From the NCBI GenBank assembly GCA_963715395.1, contig OY970238.1, positions 928,858-992,857 on the forward strand: a DNA stretch of 64,000 nucleotides, given 5' to 3'. Below are positions 31,647 to 40,598 of the stretch, in pieces (position 1 is the stretch's first letter; the number at the start of each line of letters is the position of its first letter). The DNA is from an uncultured Solirubrobacterales bacterium. Lineage in GTDB: Bacteria > Actinomycetota > Thermoleophilia > Solirubrobacterales > 70-9. The position numbers and the translations under genes were made by a program. Below the pieces are notes generated by a model. The model was not told where the DNA came from, searched no databases, and saw only the letters and a program-made list of their open reading frames with translations.

Positions 31647-32037
31647 GATGGAAGACTGCACGCCGATGAGCCGCTCGCAAAAAGCGCTCGCGGGGTTCTT
31701 CGCCACCATGGGGACGTTGCATTTCGTCATCCCGCGAAGCTTCGAGGCGATCGTGCCGCCCTCGATCGCCGATCGCAGGCGTGAGGCGGTGGCTGTCAGC
31801 GGCATCGCCGAGCTCGCGGGAGCGGCCGCCCTCCTCCACCCCGCCACCCGCCGCTTCGGGCGCTGGTGGCTGCTCGGTCTGTTGTTCGCCGTCTTCCCGG
31901 CGAACGTCCACATGGCGGTCAACCCCGAGCAGGTGAAGGGGTTGGACATGAGCAAGATCCCGAGCTGGGCGCTGTGGGCGCGGCTGCCGCTGCAGCCGCT
32001 GGCGGCGCTCTGGGTCTGGCGCGCGACCCGCTCCTGA
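31647..32037 (+). CDS. Small integral membrane protein (DoxX-like pattern)
   Basis: The translation ...ALAGFFATMGTLHFVIPRSFEAIVPP...VSGIAELAGAAALL...LLFAVFPANVHMA... shows 3-4 hydrophobic segments. The start is ATG 31647 or 31665. Confidence 0.6.
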
Positions 32038-32066
32038 GCCCTAGGCCAGCAAGGAGAGCTGGCCTC

Positions 32067-32591
32067 CTAGGGCAGGAATTCTTCCAGCAGGTCACCGGCC
32101 GGCCCGAGGAAGCTTTCCGCCGTGCCGAGAAGCGAGCGCGCGTTCTGGATCAGTTCGATCGCCTGATTCAGAGGGATGTCTTCGACGGTCGAAGTGAGCG
32201 GGCCGGCGATGAAGGGGCTGAGCGCGCCCGCGTCCTCGGCGTCGTCGATCGCCCGCACCAGCCCGGCGCGAATCGCCCGGGCCAGCTCCGCGTCGCTGAT
32301 CCCGTAGCGCTCACTGAAGCGGTCGCGGGCCTCCTGAGTCGCCAGAGCCTGGGCCAGCTCCTCTCGTGACACCCCAAGCTCGCAGGCGGCCCCGTCGAGC
32401 GCCGAGACCGAGAACTGGTTGGCGATTTCGCTGAGGCTTTCGGGATTGCTCCAGGCCCGGTGCTTGCACGGGTCCTGCGTCTTCTCCGGCGTGTAGGAGG
32501 AGCCGCCGGCGGCGAGATAGATGCCGACCAGGGCCACGGCGGAGACGATCGCCGCCCCGATCAAAAGCTGGGACCTGAGGCCGGCGTTCAC
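32067..32591 (-). CDS. Membrane-anchored hypothetical protein
   Basis: It has an N-terminal TM segment (LLIGAAIVSAVALVGIYLAA) and a soluble helical domain. Its GTG start overlaps the MFS stop (GTGA), which suggests translational coupling. Confidence 0.6.
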   Translation of the reverse strand: MNAGLRSQLLIGAAIVSAVALVGIYLAAGGSSYTPEKTQDPCKHRAWSNPESLSEIANQFSVSALDGAACELGVSREELAQALATQEARDRFSERYGISDAELARAIRAGLVRAIDDAEDAGALSPFIAGPLTSTVEDIPLNQAIELIQNARSLLGTAESFLGPAGDLLEEFLP

Positions 32592-33961
32592 AGGTCCACC
32601 CGCCGTGAGAGGCCGATCGGGACCAGTGCCAGCAGGCCGAGCAGGGCGCCAAGCAGGAATGAGGGACTGAAGGCGTGGGTTGCGCCGCGGTCGAGCTGGT
32701 CCTGCAGTTCGTCGCGCAGCTTCACCACTTCCGTTCGCTCCTCGGGATCGGATGGGAGCGGCTCGAAGACCGCTCCGATCGTCGGCACTTTGCCCTTCTC
32801 ATCTTCGAGCCGGTCGCCGACCCGCTGGGCAATCTCGATCTTCAGCAGCGGGTTGACGCGCGAATCGAGGATGACCGCGGTGCCGGCGTCGATCGCGTCT
32901 TCGCGCTGCTCGGCGATGTCGGCGGTGAAGATCGGGGTCAGCGCAATCAGCCCGATGACGACGCCGGCGTGGCGGGCGGAGATCGTCCAGCCACCGTGGA
33001 TCGCCTGCGGGGCGCGGCCGGCCAGCGCCGTCTCGGTAAGGGCCGAGAGCACCAGCGAGAGCCCGATCCCGATCAGCACCTGGGGCGGCAGGGTCAGCGC
33101 CACCTCGGCCTTGGGCAGGTAGGCGAGCCCGGCGAGGCCGCCGGAGACGAGGATCGCGCCGGCCGCGGCCCGCGCCTTGGCGCTGGGTACGAGCGGGCCG
33201 ATGCGGCTGCCGACGATCGCCGCCAACGGCATCACGGTGACGATGATCGCGGCGCCGATCGGGGTCAGGCGCCAGCCCTCGATCAGCAACAGGACGAGCA
33301 GGAAGAGCGCGGCGGCGATCGCCGCCGAGACCATCGCCAGCGCCAGGTTGGCCCAGAGATGCGGTCGGCCGGTGCGGCGCAGCTCGGTCTGCAGGATGCC
33401 GGTCGCGGCCTCGTGTTTGGCGACCGCCAGGATCGGCGCCGCGGCGGCAAGCGCGATCGGCACCTGGATCAGGAAGATCGACTGCCAGGAGACGAGCTCG
33501 GTGAGGATGCCGCCGACCGCCGGCCCGAGCGCCGCGCCGGTGGCCCCAGCGCTGGCCCAGACCGCCGTCGCCCGGCGCTCGGAGCCGACCGTCGCCGGCA
33601 GCAGCTCGAGCGCGGCCGTTACCGCCGCCGCCCCGCCGAGCGCCTGCACGCAGCGAGCCACGATCAGCGTCGAGAGGGTGTCGGCGATCCCGCAGGCGAG
33701 CCCGGCGCCGGCGAAGACCGCCAGCCCGATCGCGGCGGTGCGACCAGGGCCGACGCGGCGCGCCAACAGCGCCGCGGGGACGGCGGCCAGCGCCATCACC
33801 AGGTTGAAGGAGATCAGCACCCAGGTCACGCCGGCGACGCTGGTGTTGAGATCGCGGTAGATGTCCGGCAGCGCCAGGACGACGATCGAAGAGTCGGCGA
33901 GCACGATCCCGACCGCGAGGGCGAGCGCCGCGACGCGAGGCTGCGTAGGACCGTCGCTCAC
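32588..33961 (-). CDS. MFS transporter with an unusually long soluble loop/tail
   Basis: The 457-aa translation shows about 12 hydrophobic segments. A charged segment (ADIAEQREDAIDAGTAVILDSRVNPLLKIEIAQRVGDRLEDEKGK...) precedes the last TM. Confidence 0.75.
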   Translation of the reverse strand: MSDGPTQPRVAALALAVGIVLADSSIVVLALPDIYRDLNTSVAGVTWVLISFNLVMALAAVPAALLARRVGPGRTAAIGLAVFAGAGLACGIADTLSTLIVARCVQALGGAAAVTAALELLPATVGSERRATAVWASAGATGAALGPAVGGILTELVSWQSIFLIQVPIALAAAAPILAVAKHEAATGILQTELRRTGRPHLWANLALAMVSAAIAAALFLLVLLLIEGWRLTPIGAAIIVTVMPLAAIVGSRIGPLVPSAKARAAAGAILVSGGLAGLAYLPKAEVALTLPPQVLIGIGLSLVLSALTETALAGRAPQAIHGGWTISARHAGVVIGLIALTPIFTADIAEQREDAIDAGTAVILDSRVNPLLKIEIAQRVGDRLEDEKGKVPTIGAVFEPLPSDPEERTEVVKLRDELQDQLDRGATHAFSPSFLLGALLGLLALVPIGLSRRVDL

Positions 33962-34539
33962 TGGCCGTAACCCAGCTCTTGCGCGTACTTGTCACGGTAG
34001 GAGTGACGCTTCTCCAGCACCTCTTCGACGTAGGCCCGCGTTTCCGGGAAGGGGATCTCGGCGACCTTGAGGTCGCTGCCACCCCACGCTTCGGCATGGG
34101 AGGGACCGGCGTTGTAGGCGGCCAGGGCGGCCGCCTCGTCGCCGCCGAACCGCTCGAGCAGTTCGCGCAGGAGGAAGGTGCCGTAACGGATGTTGATTTC
34201 GGGATCGGAGAGGTCATCGATCCGGAACGAGGTGCCACCGCTGAGCCGCTCGATTTCGTTCGCCGCTTCCGGCGTGATCTGCATCAGCCCCCGCGCACCG
34301 GCGCTCGAGGTCGCATCGCTGAACTTCGACTCCGAGTAGATGACGGCGGCGATCAGCGATGCGTCGACGCCCTTTTCGCCCGACTGCTGGCGAATGATGT
34401 CCTCGTGGCGCAGCGGCAAGGTCAGCTCCTGAATCGCATGGTCGAAGGTCCCACTGGCAACCAACACGCCAGCGACCAGCCCGGTCGCCACGGCAGCGCC
34501 GCCCAGGGCCAGCCAGCGGCGTCTGGTCGCCCGCCTCAT
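33958..34539 (-). CDS. Lytic transglycosylase (SLT domain), membrane-anchored
   Basis: The ORF reads MRRATRRRWLALGGAAVATGLVAGVLVA...AVIYSESKF...GARGLMQITP...AAYNAGP. Its ATG at 34539 overlaps the coaE stop (ATGA). Confidence 0.85.
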   Translation of the reverse strand: MRRATRRRWLALGGAAVATGLVAGVLVASGTFDHAIQELTLPLRHEDIIRQQSGEKGVDASLIAAVIYSESKFSDATSSAGARGLMQITPEAANEIERLSGGTSFRIDDLSDPEINIRYGTFLLRELLERFGGDEAAALAAYNAGPSHAEAWGGSDLKVAEIPFPETRAYVEEVLEKRHSYRDKYAQELGYGQ

Positions 34540-35115
34540 CGCCTCAGCTTCTCGATCAGGGCGGACAGCGCCTGCTCGAGATCCTCGACCGAGCCGTCGT
34601 TCGGGATCGTGTGCTCGGCCCGGGCCGCCTTCTCGTCCTGGGCGAGCTGCCGCGCCTCGCGCTCGTCGACCAGAGCGTGACCGCGGGCGGCGGCGCGCTG
34701 GCGGCGCAGCTCGTCCTCGGTGACGACGGCGATGGTGGTGTCGAAGACCTTCTCCATGCCCGACTCGAACAGCAGCGGCACCTCGATTACGGCGATCTCG
34801 GTGTCGGCAGGGAGACCTGCGAGCCAGTCGCCGATGCGCTCGCCGACCAGCGGGTGGATCTGCTGCTCGAGCCAGGTCAGGCTGGTCGGGATCGGCGAAG
34901 ACGATCTCGCCAATACGGCTGCGGTCGATGCTTCCCTCGGGTGCGATCTCCGGACCCCAACGCTCGACCAGACGGCCGACCAGCGGTTCGGAATCGAGCA
35001 GCTCATGGACCACCGCGTCACTCGAGAGCGTCGCCGCTCCAAGTCGTGAAAAAGCAGCCAGCGCCTCGGACTTCCCGGCCGCGATGCCGCCGGTGAGGCC
35101 GATCGTCAGCGGCAT
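34536..35115 (-). pseudogene. coaE: Dephospho-CoA kinase; one frameshift
   Basis: MPLTIGLTGGIAAGKSEAL...IGEIVFADPDQ is followed by an extra base near 34879. The rest reads LTWLEQQIHPLVGERI...VIEVPLLFESGMEKVFD... and stops at 34536. Confidence 0.85.
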
Positions 35116-35121
35116 CGCCGT

Positions 35122-36777
35122 CTAAGAGTCGGCAGGTGCCTCGGGGTCCGACTCAGCGGAGTCCTCAGACTCCTCAACCTCAGCAGCAGGCTCCTCCGCC
35201 GGGGCCTCGTCCTCAGCAGCAGGCTCCTCCGCCGGGGCCTCGTCCTCAGCAGCAGGCTCCTCCGCCGGGGCCTCGTCCTCAGCAGCAGGCTCCTCCGCCG
35301 GGGCCTCCTCGACGGGCGCCTCTTCGGCAACAGGCTCCTCGGCAGGCGCCTCATCAGCAACTGACTCCTCCTCGGCAGCCGGCTCATCCTGAGTCTCCTC
35401 CTCAGCAACGGGCTCCTCGACTGCGGGGGCCTCGTCCTGCGGCTCCTCAAGAACGGGCTCCTCCGCTGCGGGGGCCTCGTCGACAGCCGGCTCGGCCGAA
35501 CCCTCGGCCTCAGCGGCCTCATCCGCGGGTGGCGTGGAGGTCGGCTCCTCGCCCGCAGCCTGCGAGGACGAGGAGTCGTCCTCGACGACAGGACCCGCGG
35601 GTGCCGCCTCTGAACCCTCGGCGTTTGCCGCCTCAAGCTGCTCCCCAAGCCCCTGCATCGGCATGTTCTGCCCCTCGACCCGCTTGATGCTCAGCGACAG
35701 GCGCCGGCGCTCTTCATCGATCTCGAGGATCTTCACGTTCAGTTTGGTGCCAGGCTCGACCACTTCGCTCGGGTTCTCGACGTGGTGGTCGGCGAGCTCG
35801 GAGATGTGGACCAGACCCTCGACGCCGGGCAGGATTTCGACGAAGGCGCCGAAGGCGACGACCTTGGTCACCGTGCCCTTGAGCACGTCGCCGGAGCGGT
35901 GGGTGCTGATGACCCGCTGCCACGGATCCTCCTGCGTCTGCTTCAACCCAAGCGAGATCCGCTGGCGGTCGCGGTCGATGTCGAGCACTTTGATCCGCAC
36001 CGTGTCGCCAATCGCGACGACTTCGGAGGGATGGTTGACGTGGCTCCAGGAAAGCTCGGAAATGTGGATCAGACCGTCGATGCCGTCGAGGTCGACGAAG
36101 GCGCCGAAGTCGACGATGTTGGAGATCTTGCCTTCGACCACCTGGCCGGGCTCGAGGCGGCCGAGGATCTGCTCCCGGACCTCCTTGCGCTCCTCCTCCA
36201 GCACCGCGCGGCGCGAGAGGACGACGTTGTTGCGGCTGCGGTTGAGCTCGATCACTTTGCACTCGAGCGTCTGGCCCATGAACTCGTCGAGGTTGTGGAC
36301 GCGGCGGATGTCGACCAGCGAGGCGGGCAGGAAGCCGCGCACCCCGAGGTCGAGGATGAGCCCGCCCTTGACGACCTCGATGACGCTGCCTTCGACCGGT
36401 TCGCCGGAGTCGGCGGCGACCTCGATACGGCGCCAGGCCTTCTCGAAGCGGGCGCGCTTCTTGGAAAGGATCAGGCGGCCCTCGGCGTCCTCCTTGGTGA
36501 GGACCAGGGCGTCGACCTCCTCGCCGAGCTCGACCTCTTCGGCCGGGTCGACCGACTTGCGAATCGAAAGCTCGTTGGAGGGAATGACGCCCTCGGCCTT
36601 GTAGCCGATGTCGACCAGGACCTCGTCTTTGTCGATCCGGACGACTTTGCCGTTGACGACGTCGCCCTCATCGAAGGAGATCATCGTCGCCGCGTAGTTG
36701 GGGACGATTTTGCCGTCGATCTGCAGCAGCAGGCCGCCTGAGCCCTCGACGGGAGTGGCGCTCGGGGCAGGGGTCAT
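35122..36777 (-). CDS. rpsA: 30S ribosomal protein S1 with a long acidic Ala/Glu/Pro-rich C-terminal extension
   Basis: It starts at ATG 36777. Four S1 motifs are visible (GKVVRIDKDEVLVDIG, GSVIEVVKGGLILDLG, GKISNIVDFGAFVDL, GTVTKVVAFGAFVEI). A tail of roughly 155 aa follows (EAPAEEPAAED...). Confidence 0.9.
   Translation of the reverse strand: MTPAPSATPVEGSGGLLLQIDGKIVPNYAATMISFDEGDVVNGKVVRIDKDEVLVDIGYKAEGVIPSNELSIRKSVDPAEEVELGEEVDALVLTKEDAEGRLILSKKRARFEKAWRRIEVAADSGEPVEGSVIEVVKGGLILDLGVRGFLPASLVDIRRVHNLDEFMGQTLECKVIELNRSRNNVVLSRRAVLEEERKEVREQILGRLEPGQVVEGKISNIVDFGAFVDLDGIDGLIHISELSWSHVNHPSEVVAIGDTVRIKVLDIDRDRQRISLGLKQTQEDPWQRVISTHRSGDVLKGTVTKVVAFGAFVEILPGVEGLVHISELADHHVENPSEVVEPGTKLNVKILEIDEERRRLSLSIKRVEGQNMPMQGLGEQLEAANAEGSEAAPAGPVVEDDSSSSQAAGEEPTSTPPADEAAEAEGSAEPAVDEAPAAEEPVLEEPQDEAPAVEEPVAEEETQDEPAAEEESVADEAPAEEPVAEEAPVEEAPAEEPAAEDEAPAEEPAAEDEAPAEEPAAEDEAPAEEPAAEVEESEDSAESDPEAPADS
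35181..35312 (-). repeat. Four tandem copies of a 33-bp unit inside the rpsA tail
   Basis: The unit cagcagcaggctcctccgccggggcctcgtcct occurs three times exactly and once in diverged form. It encodes (EDEAPAEEPAA)n. Confidence 0.85.
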
Positions 36778-36806
36778 GGTCTCGGTCGCGGACACGGCGG
36801 CGAATA

Positions 36807-38030
36807 ATGGCAGAATCGTGCTCGATGCCGGTTCGAGCGACCAAGCGCGGTGAGGAGCGGACCCCCCTCGACGGACGCCACGACGTCCTGATATGTGGGG
36901 CCAGCTTCGCCGGACTCGCGATTGCACGTGAGCTTGCCGGCTCCGGCGCCGACGTGATGATCGTCGATCGCTACGAGATCGGCGAGCGCCAGACCTCGGC
37001 CTGCGGCATCCCGACCGATTGGCTGCGGCAGCTGAACCTGATGGATTGCGAGCGCCAGCGCTTCGACACACTGGTCGTGCACAACCCCCACGGCACCTCC
37101 CGCTGGAGGCTGCCCTGGAGCTTCTCCACCTTCGACTACCGCGAGCTCTGCCAGCTTCTCTGGCGCGACTGCGACGCGACCTTCGAGACCGCCAAGGTGA
37201 ACGGGCGGGCGGCGGCGCCTGCCAATGGCGGCGACGAGATCGCGGTCGAGACCGACCGCGGGGTCATCTCCGCGTCCCTGGTCGTCGACTGCCTCGGCTG
37301 GCGCCGGATGCTGGCCAGCGACGACGGCTTCCAGCCGCCCGACGCGCCGCTCTCGCGCGGGCTCAAGGTGCACCCCGACGGCGGTGCCGAGGACCTCAAG
37401 ATCTGGATCGATCGCCGCTACGTCCCCGCCGGCTACGGCTGGTCCTTCCCGGCCGGCGAGGAGACCCGGATCGGCGTCGGCTCTTTCGACCCCCGCGTCC
37501 ACGTTCGCGACACCACCGAGCTGCTGGCGGAAGACCTGAGCCGCGACCGGGTCCGCTACCAGGGCAACTGGATCCCGCACAAGCTGCGCCGGGGGACCGA
37601 GGGCGGCGTCTTCTTCGCCGGCGACTCGGCCGGCCACTGCCTGCCGCTGACCGCCGAGGGCATCCGCACCGCGCTCTACTTCGGCGTCGCCCTGGGCCGC
37701 GAGCTGCGCGGCGTCGTCGAGGGGCGGCAGAGCCGCGAGCAGGCGGCCGCGACCTACGCCGAGTTCCACGACTCGCACGAGTGGAAGTTCAGGTGGCTGC
37801 TGCGGGTGCAGAAGCTGCTCCCGTGGGTGCCGCCGCGGCTGCTCCGGCTGACGATCAAGGTGGTTGGGATCAAGCGCTTCGTCCACTGGGCATTCCGCCA
37901 CTACCTGCGGATCGCGCCGCCGGACCACGTCAGCTCAGCGGACGACCAGGACCGTCCCGGCCAGCAGCAGCGCGACCCCGATGAGGCGCTCGGGGCTGAG
38001 CGCGACCTGGTCCAGGCCGAACAGGCCTAG
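36807..38030 (+). CDS. FAD-dependent oxidoreductase (geranylgeranyl-reductase-like)
   Basis: It has the dinucleotide-binding motif DVLICGASFAGLAIAREL and GDSAGHCLPLTAEGI. Its 3' end overlaps the convergent 37935-38372 gene by 96 nt, so the true stop is uncertain. Confidence 0.7.
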   Translation: MAESCSMPVRATKRGEERTPLDGRHDVLICGASFAGLAIARELAGSGADVMIVDRYEIGERQTSACGIPTDWLRQLNLMDCERQRFDTLVVHNPHGTSRWRLPWSFSTFDYRELCQLLWRDCDATFETAKVNGRAAAPANGGDEIAVETDRGVISASLVVDCLGWRRMLASDDGFQPPDAPLSRGLKVHPDGGAEDLKIWIDRRYVPAGYGWSFPAGEETRIGVGSFDPRVHVRDTTELLAEDLSRDRVRYQGNWIPHKLRRGTEGGVFFAGDSAGHCLPLTAEGIRTALYFGVALGRELRGVVEGRQSREQAAATYAEFHDSHEWKFRWLLRVQKLLPWVPPRLLRLTIKVVGIKRFVHWAFRHYLRIAPPDHVSSADDQDRPGQQQRDPDEALGAERDLVQAEQA

Positions 38031-38372
38031 CCGGTCGATCGCCACCGAGGCGGTGAGTTGGCCGGCGACGGTGAGTGCGGCGACGCCGCCGGCGCCGATA
38101 ACCGAGACGGCGAGCAGCGCGTTGGTGACGTAGAGCGCCCCCAGCAGTCCGCCGACGAGGTAGTACCAGTTGACCTCGAAGGTCGAGCCGAGCCCTCCGG
38201 CCTTGCCGCTGAGGACGACGATCGTGGCCAGGGCGATCGTCCCCACCAGGAAGGAGACGAGGGCCGCCGCCAAACCGCCGGTCGCCTTGCCGAGTTCCGC
38301 GTTGATCGGCGCCTGCAGCGCGATCAGGCCGCCGGCGATGGCGGTCAGGATCACTGCCAAGCCCCTATCCAT
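37935..38372 (-). CDS. DMT-superfamily small membrane protein (YdcZ/DUF606-like)
   Basis: The 145-aa ORF reads MDRGLAVILTAIAGGLIALQAPINAELG... and has four or five TM segments. Confidence 0.7.
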   Translation of the reverse strand: MDRGLAVILTAIAGGLIALQAPINAELGKATGGLAAALVSFLVGTIALATIVVLSGKAGGLGSTFEVNWYYLVGGLLGALYVTNALLAVSVIGAGGVAALTVAGQLTASVAIDRLGLFGLDQVALSPERLIGVALLLAGTVLVVR

Positions 38373-38521
38373 GAAGGCAGCCTCGGGCTGGCGTGATTTT
38401 CGGCTGGAAGGCGTGTTGCATGAATACGCGAGCTGGTTGAACCGCCGTGCTCTCATATCAGTACCGCAGTAAGGACCCTCACACCCGCGGGACACCCAAC
38501 AGGACCAGCTAAGAGCCAGCC

Positions 38522-40009
38522 ATGCCTCCACCCCCCGCAGAGCCGTTCGCCTCCCGGATCCTGCTCGGGCCGGCGCTGCGCACCCAGCCGGACCGGCGCC
38601 TGGTCAGGCTCGTCCGCGAGGGCTACGAGACGGCCTTCGAGGAGATCGTCCGCCGCTATCGCAAGCCCCTCGACCGCTTCGCCGCCGCAATCGTCGGCAA
38701 CCGCTCCGAGGACGTCACCCAGGACGCCTTCTCGAAGGCACTGCTGGCCCTGCGCGGCTCCGAGAAGGAGATCGAGCTGCGGCCGTGGCTTTACCGGATC
38801 GTCCGCAACACGGCGCTCAACGACCTGCGCGACCGCCCGCCCGCGGCCGAGGAGCTCGGCGAGGCGATCACGGGCGGGCCAAGCGCCGCGGTCGAGGCGG
38901 AGCGACGCGAGGAGATCGCCGAACTGATGGGGCGACTGCGGGCGCTGCCGGAGCCGCAGCGGGCGGCGATCGTGATGCGCGAGCTGGAAGGCCTCAGCCA
39001 CGAGGAGATCGCCGCCGCCCTGGGGGTCAGCAGCGGCGCCGCGCGGCAAGCGATCTACCGAGGACGACTGGCGTTGCGTGACGGTCTCGGCTTGCTGGTT
39101 CCGCTGCCTTTGCTGCGCTTGCTCTTCGAGCACGGGGCCGAGGCGGCAAGCGCCGGTGGCGCCGCCGCAGCCGCGGGGGCGGCGGCCGCAGGTGGCGGCG
39201 GGGCGACGCTGGGCGGCCTCGGGGCCGGCGGCGCGCTCAAGGTCGGGGTGGCCACCGCGCTGGTCGCCGGTTCGGTCGGCACCGGCGTGGCGGTCCACAA
39301 CGAGCGCGGCGATGGCGGCGATCCCGGCCCAGCCGCCGCTTCGGCGGCGCGTCTGCCAGGCGGAGACGGCAATGGCGCTTCCCCGACCTCGCAGAGCTCA
39401 TCCCCCGCACCCGGCCCCGCGACGCCCACCCCCGCCTCCGGCGAGGACTCGGGACATGGCAACCGAGGACCCGGCGGCGGTGACGACGGCCGAAGCGACG
39501 ACCGCGGGCACCAGGGCAGCTCCGGTGACGATTTCGACGCTGACGACGATCTCGGGGACGACCCGTCCCACAGCGGCAAGGGTCGTGGCCGGGGTCGTTC
39601 CGAGCGGGAGAGCCATGGACACGGTCATGGCGCCAGCTCGGAGTCCGAGGGGGACGACGACCGCGGCGGCGACGCCGATCGCTCGGGCGACGGGAGTTCG
39701 GGAGGGAGCCGCTCGGGGCGCCACAGCTCCGGCGGAGGGTCCGGCAGCAGCGGCTCCGGGAGCAGGCACGGCGGAAGCTCCGGCGGGAGCGGGGATGGCG
39801 ACGAGAGCTCCGGCGGGAGCTCCGGAAGCGGTTCGGGCAGCTCCGGCCACGGCGGCCACGGCCCGAGCATCGACCCCGAGACCGTGACCGCGGCGCCGCC
39901 GGAACTCGAACCGCCGCCGGAAGATTTGAGTGGAGACTCGAGCGGGAGCGGCTCCGGCAGCGGTGGCCCGGGCGACTCCGGGGGCGGCTCCGGCGACGAC
40001 GGCGATTAG
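38522..40009 (+). CDS. ECF-type sigma-70 factor fused to TM segment(s) and a long Gly/Ser/Asp/His-rich tail
   Basis: It has region 2 (RPWLYRIVRNTALNDLR) and region 4 (LPEPQRAAIVMRELEGLSHEEIAAALGVSSGAARQAIYRGRLALR). Hydrophobic stretches follow (GLGLLVPLPLLRLLF; ALKVGVATALVAGSVGTGVAV). About 245 aa of low-complexity sequence (G/S/D/H) completes the protein. Confidence 0.75.
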   Translation: MPPPPAEPFASRILLGPALRTQPDRRLVRLVREGYETAFEEIVRRYRKPLDRFAAAIVGNRSEDVTQDAFSKALLALRGSEKEIELRPWLYRIVRNTALNDLRDRPPAAEELGEAITGGPSAAVEAERREEIAELMGRLRALPEPQRAAIVMRELEGLSHEEIAAALGVSSGAARQAIYRGRLALRDGLGLLVPLPLLRLLFEHGAEAASAGGAAAAAGAAAAGGGGATLGGLGAGGALKVGVATALVAGSVGTGVAVHNERGDGGDPGPAAASAARLPGGDGNGASPTSQSSSPAPGPATPTPASGEDSGHGNRGPGGGDDGRSDDRGHQGSSGDDFDADDDLGDDPSHSGKGRGRGRSERESHGHGHGASSESEGDDDRGGDADRSGDGSSGGSRSGRHSSGGGSGSSGSGSRHGGSSGGSGDGDESSGGSSGSGSGSSGHGGHGPSIDPETVTAAPPELEPPPEDLSGDSSGSGSGSGGPGDSGGGSGDDGD

Positions 40010-40075
40010 TGATCTTCGTCGCCGGCCCGGGTTGTGGCGGGTGAACGTGTCCCGATTCCCCCAAGGAGGAACGCC

Positions 40076-40594
40076 ATGACCCACAAGCAAGGAAGGCCCG
40101 CTCGGCTCGGCGGCCTGCTCGCCCTGGTGCTCGGCGCCGTGGCGATCTTCGCCCTGCCCGGCCTGGCTGGAGCCAGAGACGACAGCAGCGACAGCACCAC
40201 GACGATCAAATCGTTCGACGCCACGACCGGAACCCTGGTCCTCGCGCTCCCCGAGGGGGAGACCGTCAGCGGTGCGGTCACGCGAAGGACGAAGATCAGG
40301 TGCGAGGACCAGCGCGGACATCGCCATGGCGGCGACAGAGTCCGCAGCCGCGAGGCGGAGCCGGATGACGATCGTGGCGGTCATGGCGGAGAGCCGGGCG
40401 ACGACCATGAGGGCGGCGGCGACTCGGGTCCTGGCTCGTCCAATTCAGGCCCCAGCGACCATGACGACAACGGGGCCGGCGCCAACTGCCGCACGGCGGA
40501 CCTGATCCCCGGCGCGTTCGTCGACGAGGTCGAGCTGGAGTTCGGCGCGGACAGCGTCAGGTTCGACGAGGTGGAGCTGGCTCACTCGAGCTGA
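40076..40594 (+). CDS. Secreted His/Asp/Gly-rich protein
   Basis: It starts at ATG 40076 after a strong AAGGAGGA. The signal peptide is MTHKQGRPARLGGLLALVLGAVAIFALPGLAGA. The core is acidic and His-rich (HRHGGDRV...GGHGGEPGDDHEGGGDSG). Confidence 0.7.
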   Translation: MTHKQGRPARLGGLLALVLGAVAIFALPGLAGARDDSSDSTTTIKSFDATTGTLVLALPEGETVSGAVTRRTKIRCEDQRGHRHGGDRVRSREAEPDDDRGGHGGEPGDDHEGGGDSGPGSSNSGPSDHDDNGAGANCRTADLIPGAFVDEVELEFGADSVRFDEVELAHSS

Positions 40595-40598
40595 GCGG

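Noticed and set aside
35181-35312. Four tandem 33-bp repeats that could be mistaken for a CRISPR-like array.
   Set aside because: The units are directly abutting with no spacers. They lie in frame inside rpsA and encode an acidic peptide repeat. No cas genes are present.
39398-40408. 336-aa minus ORF antisense to the sigma-factor tail and the His-rich protein gene.
   Set aside because: It is a low-complexity Ala/Gly/Val/Pro translation generated by the antisense of the GGC/AGC-rich repeats. The + strand genes have sigma motifs, a strong RBS and a signal peptide.
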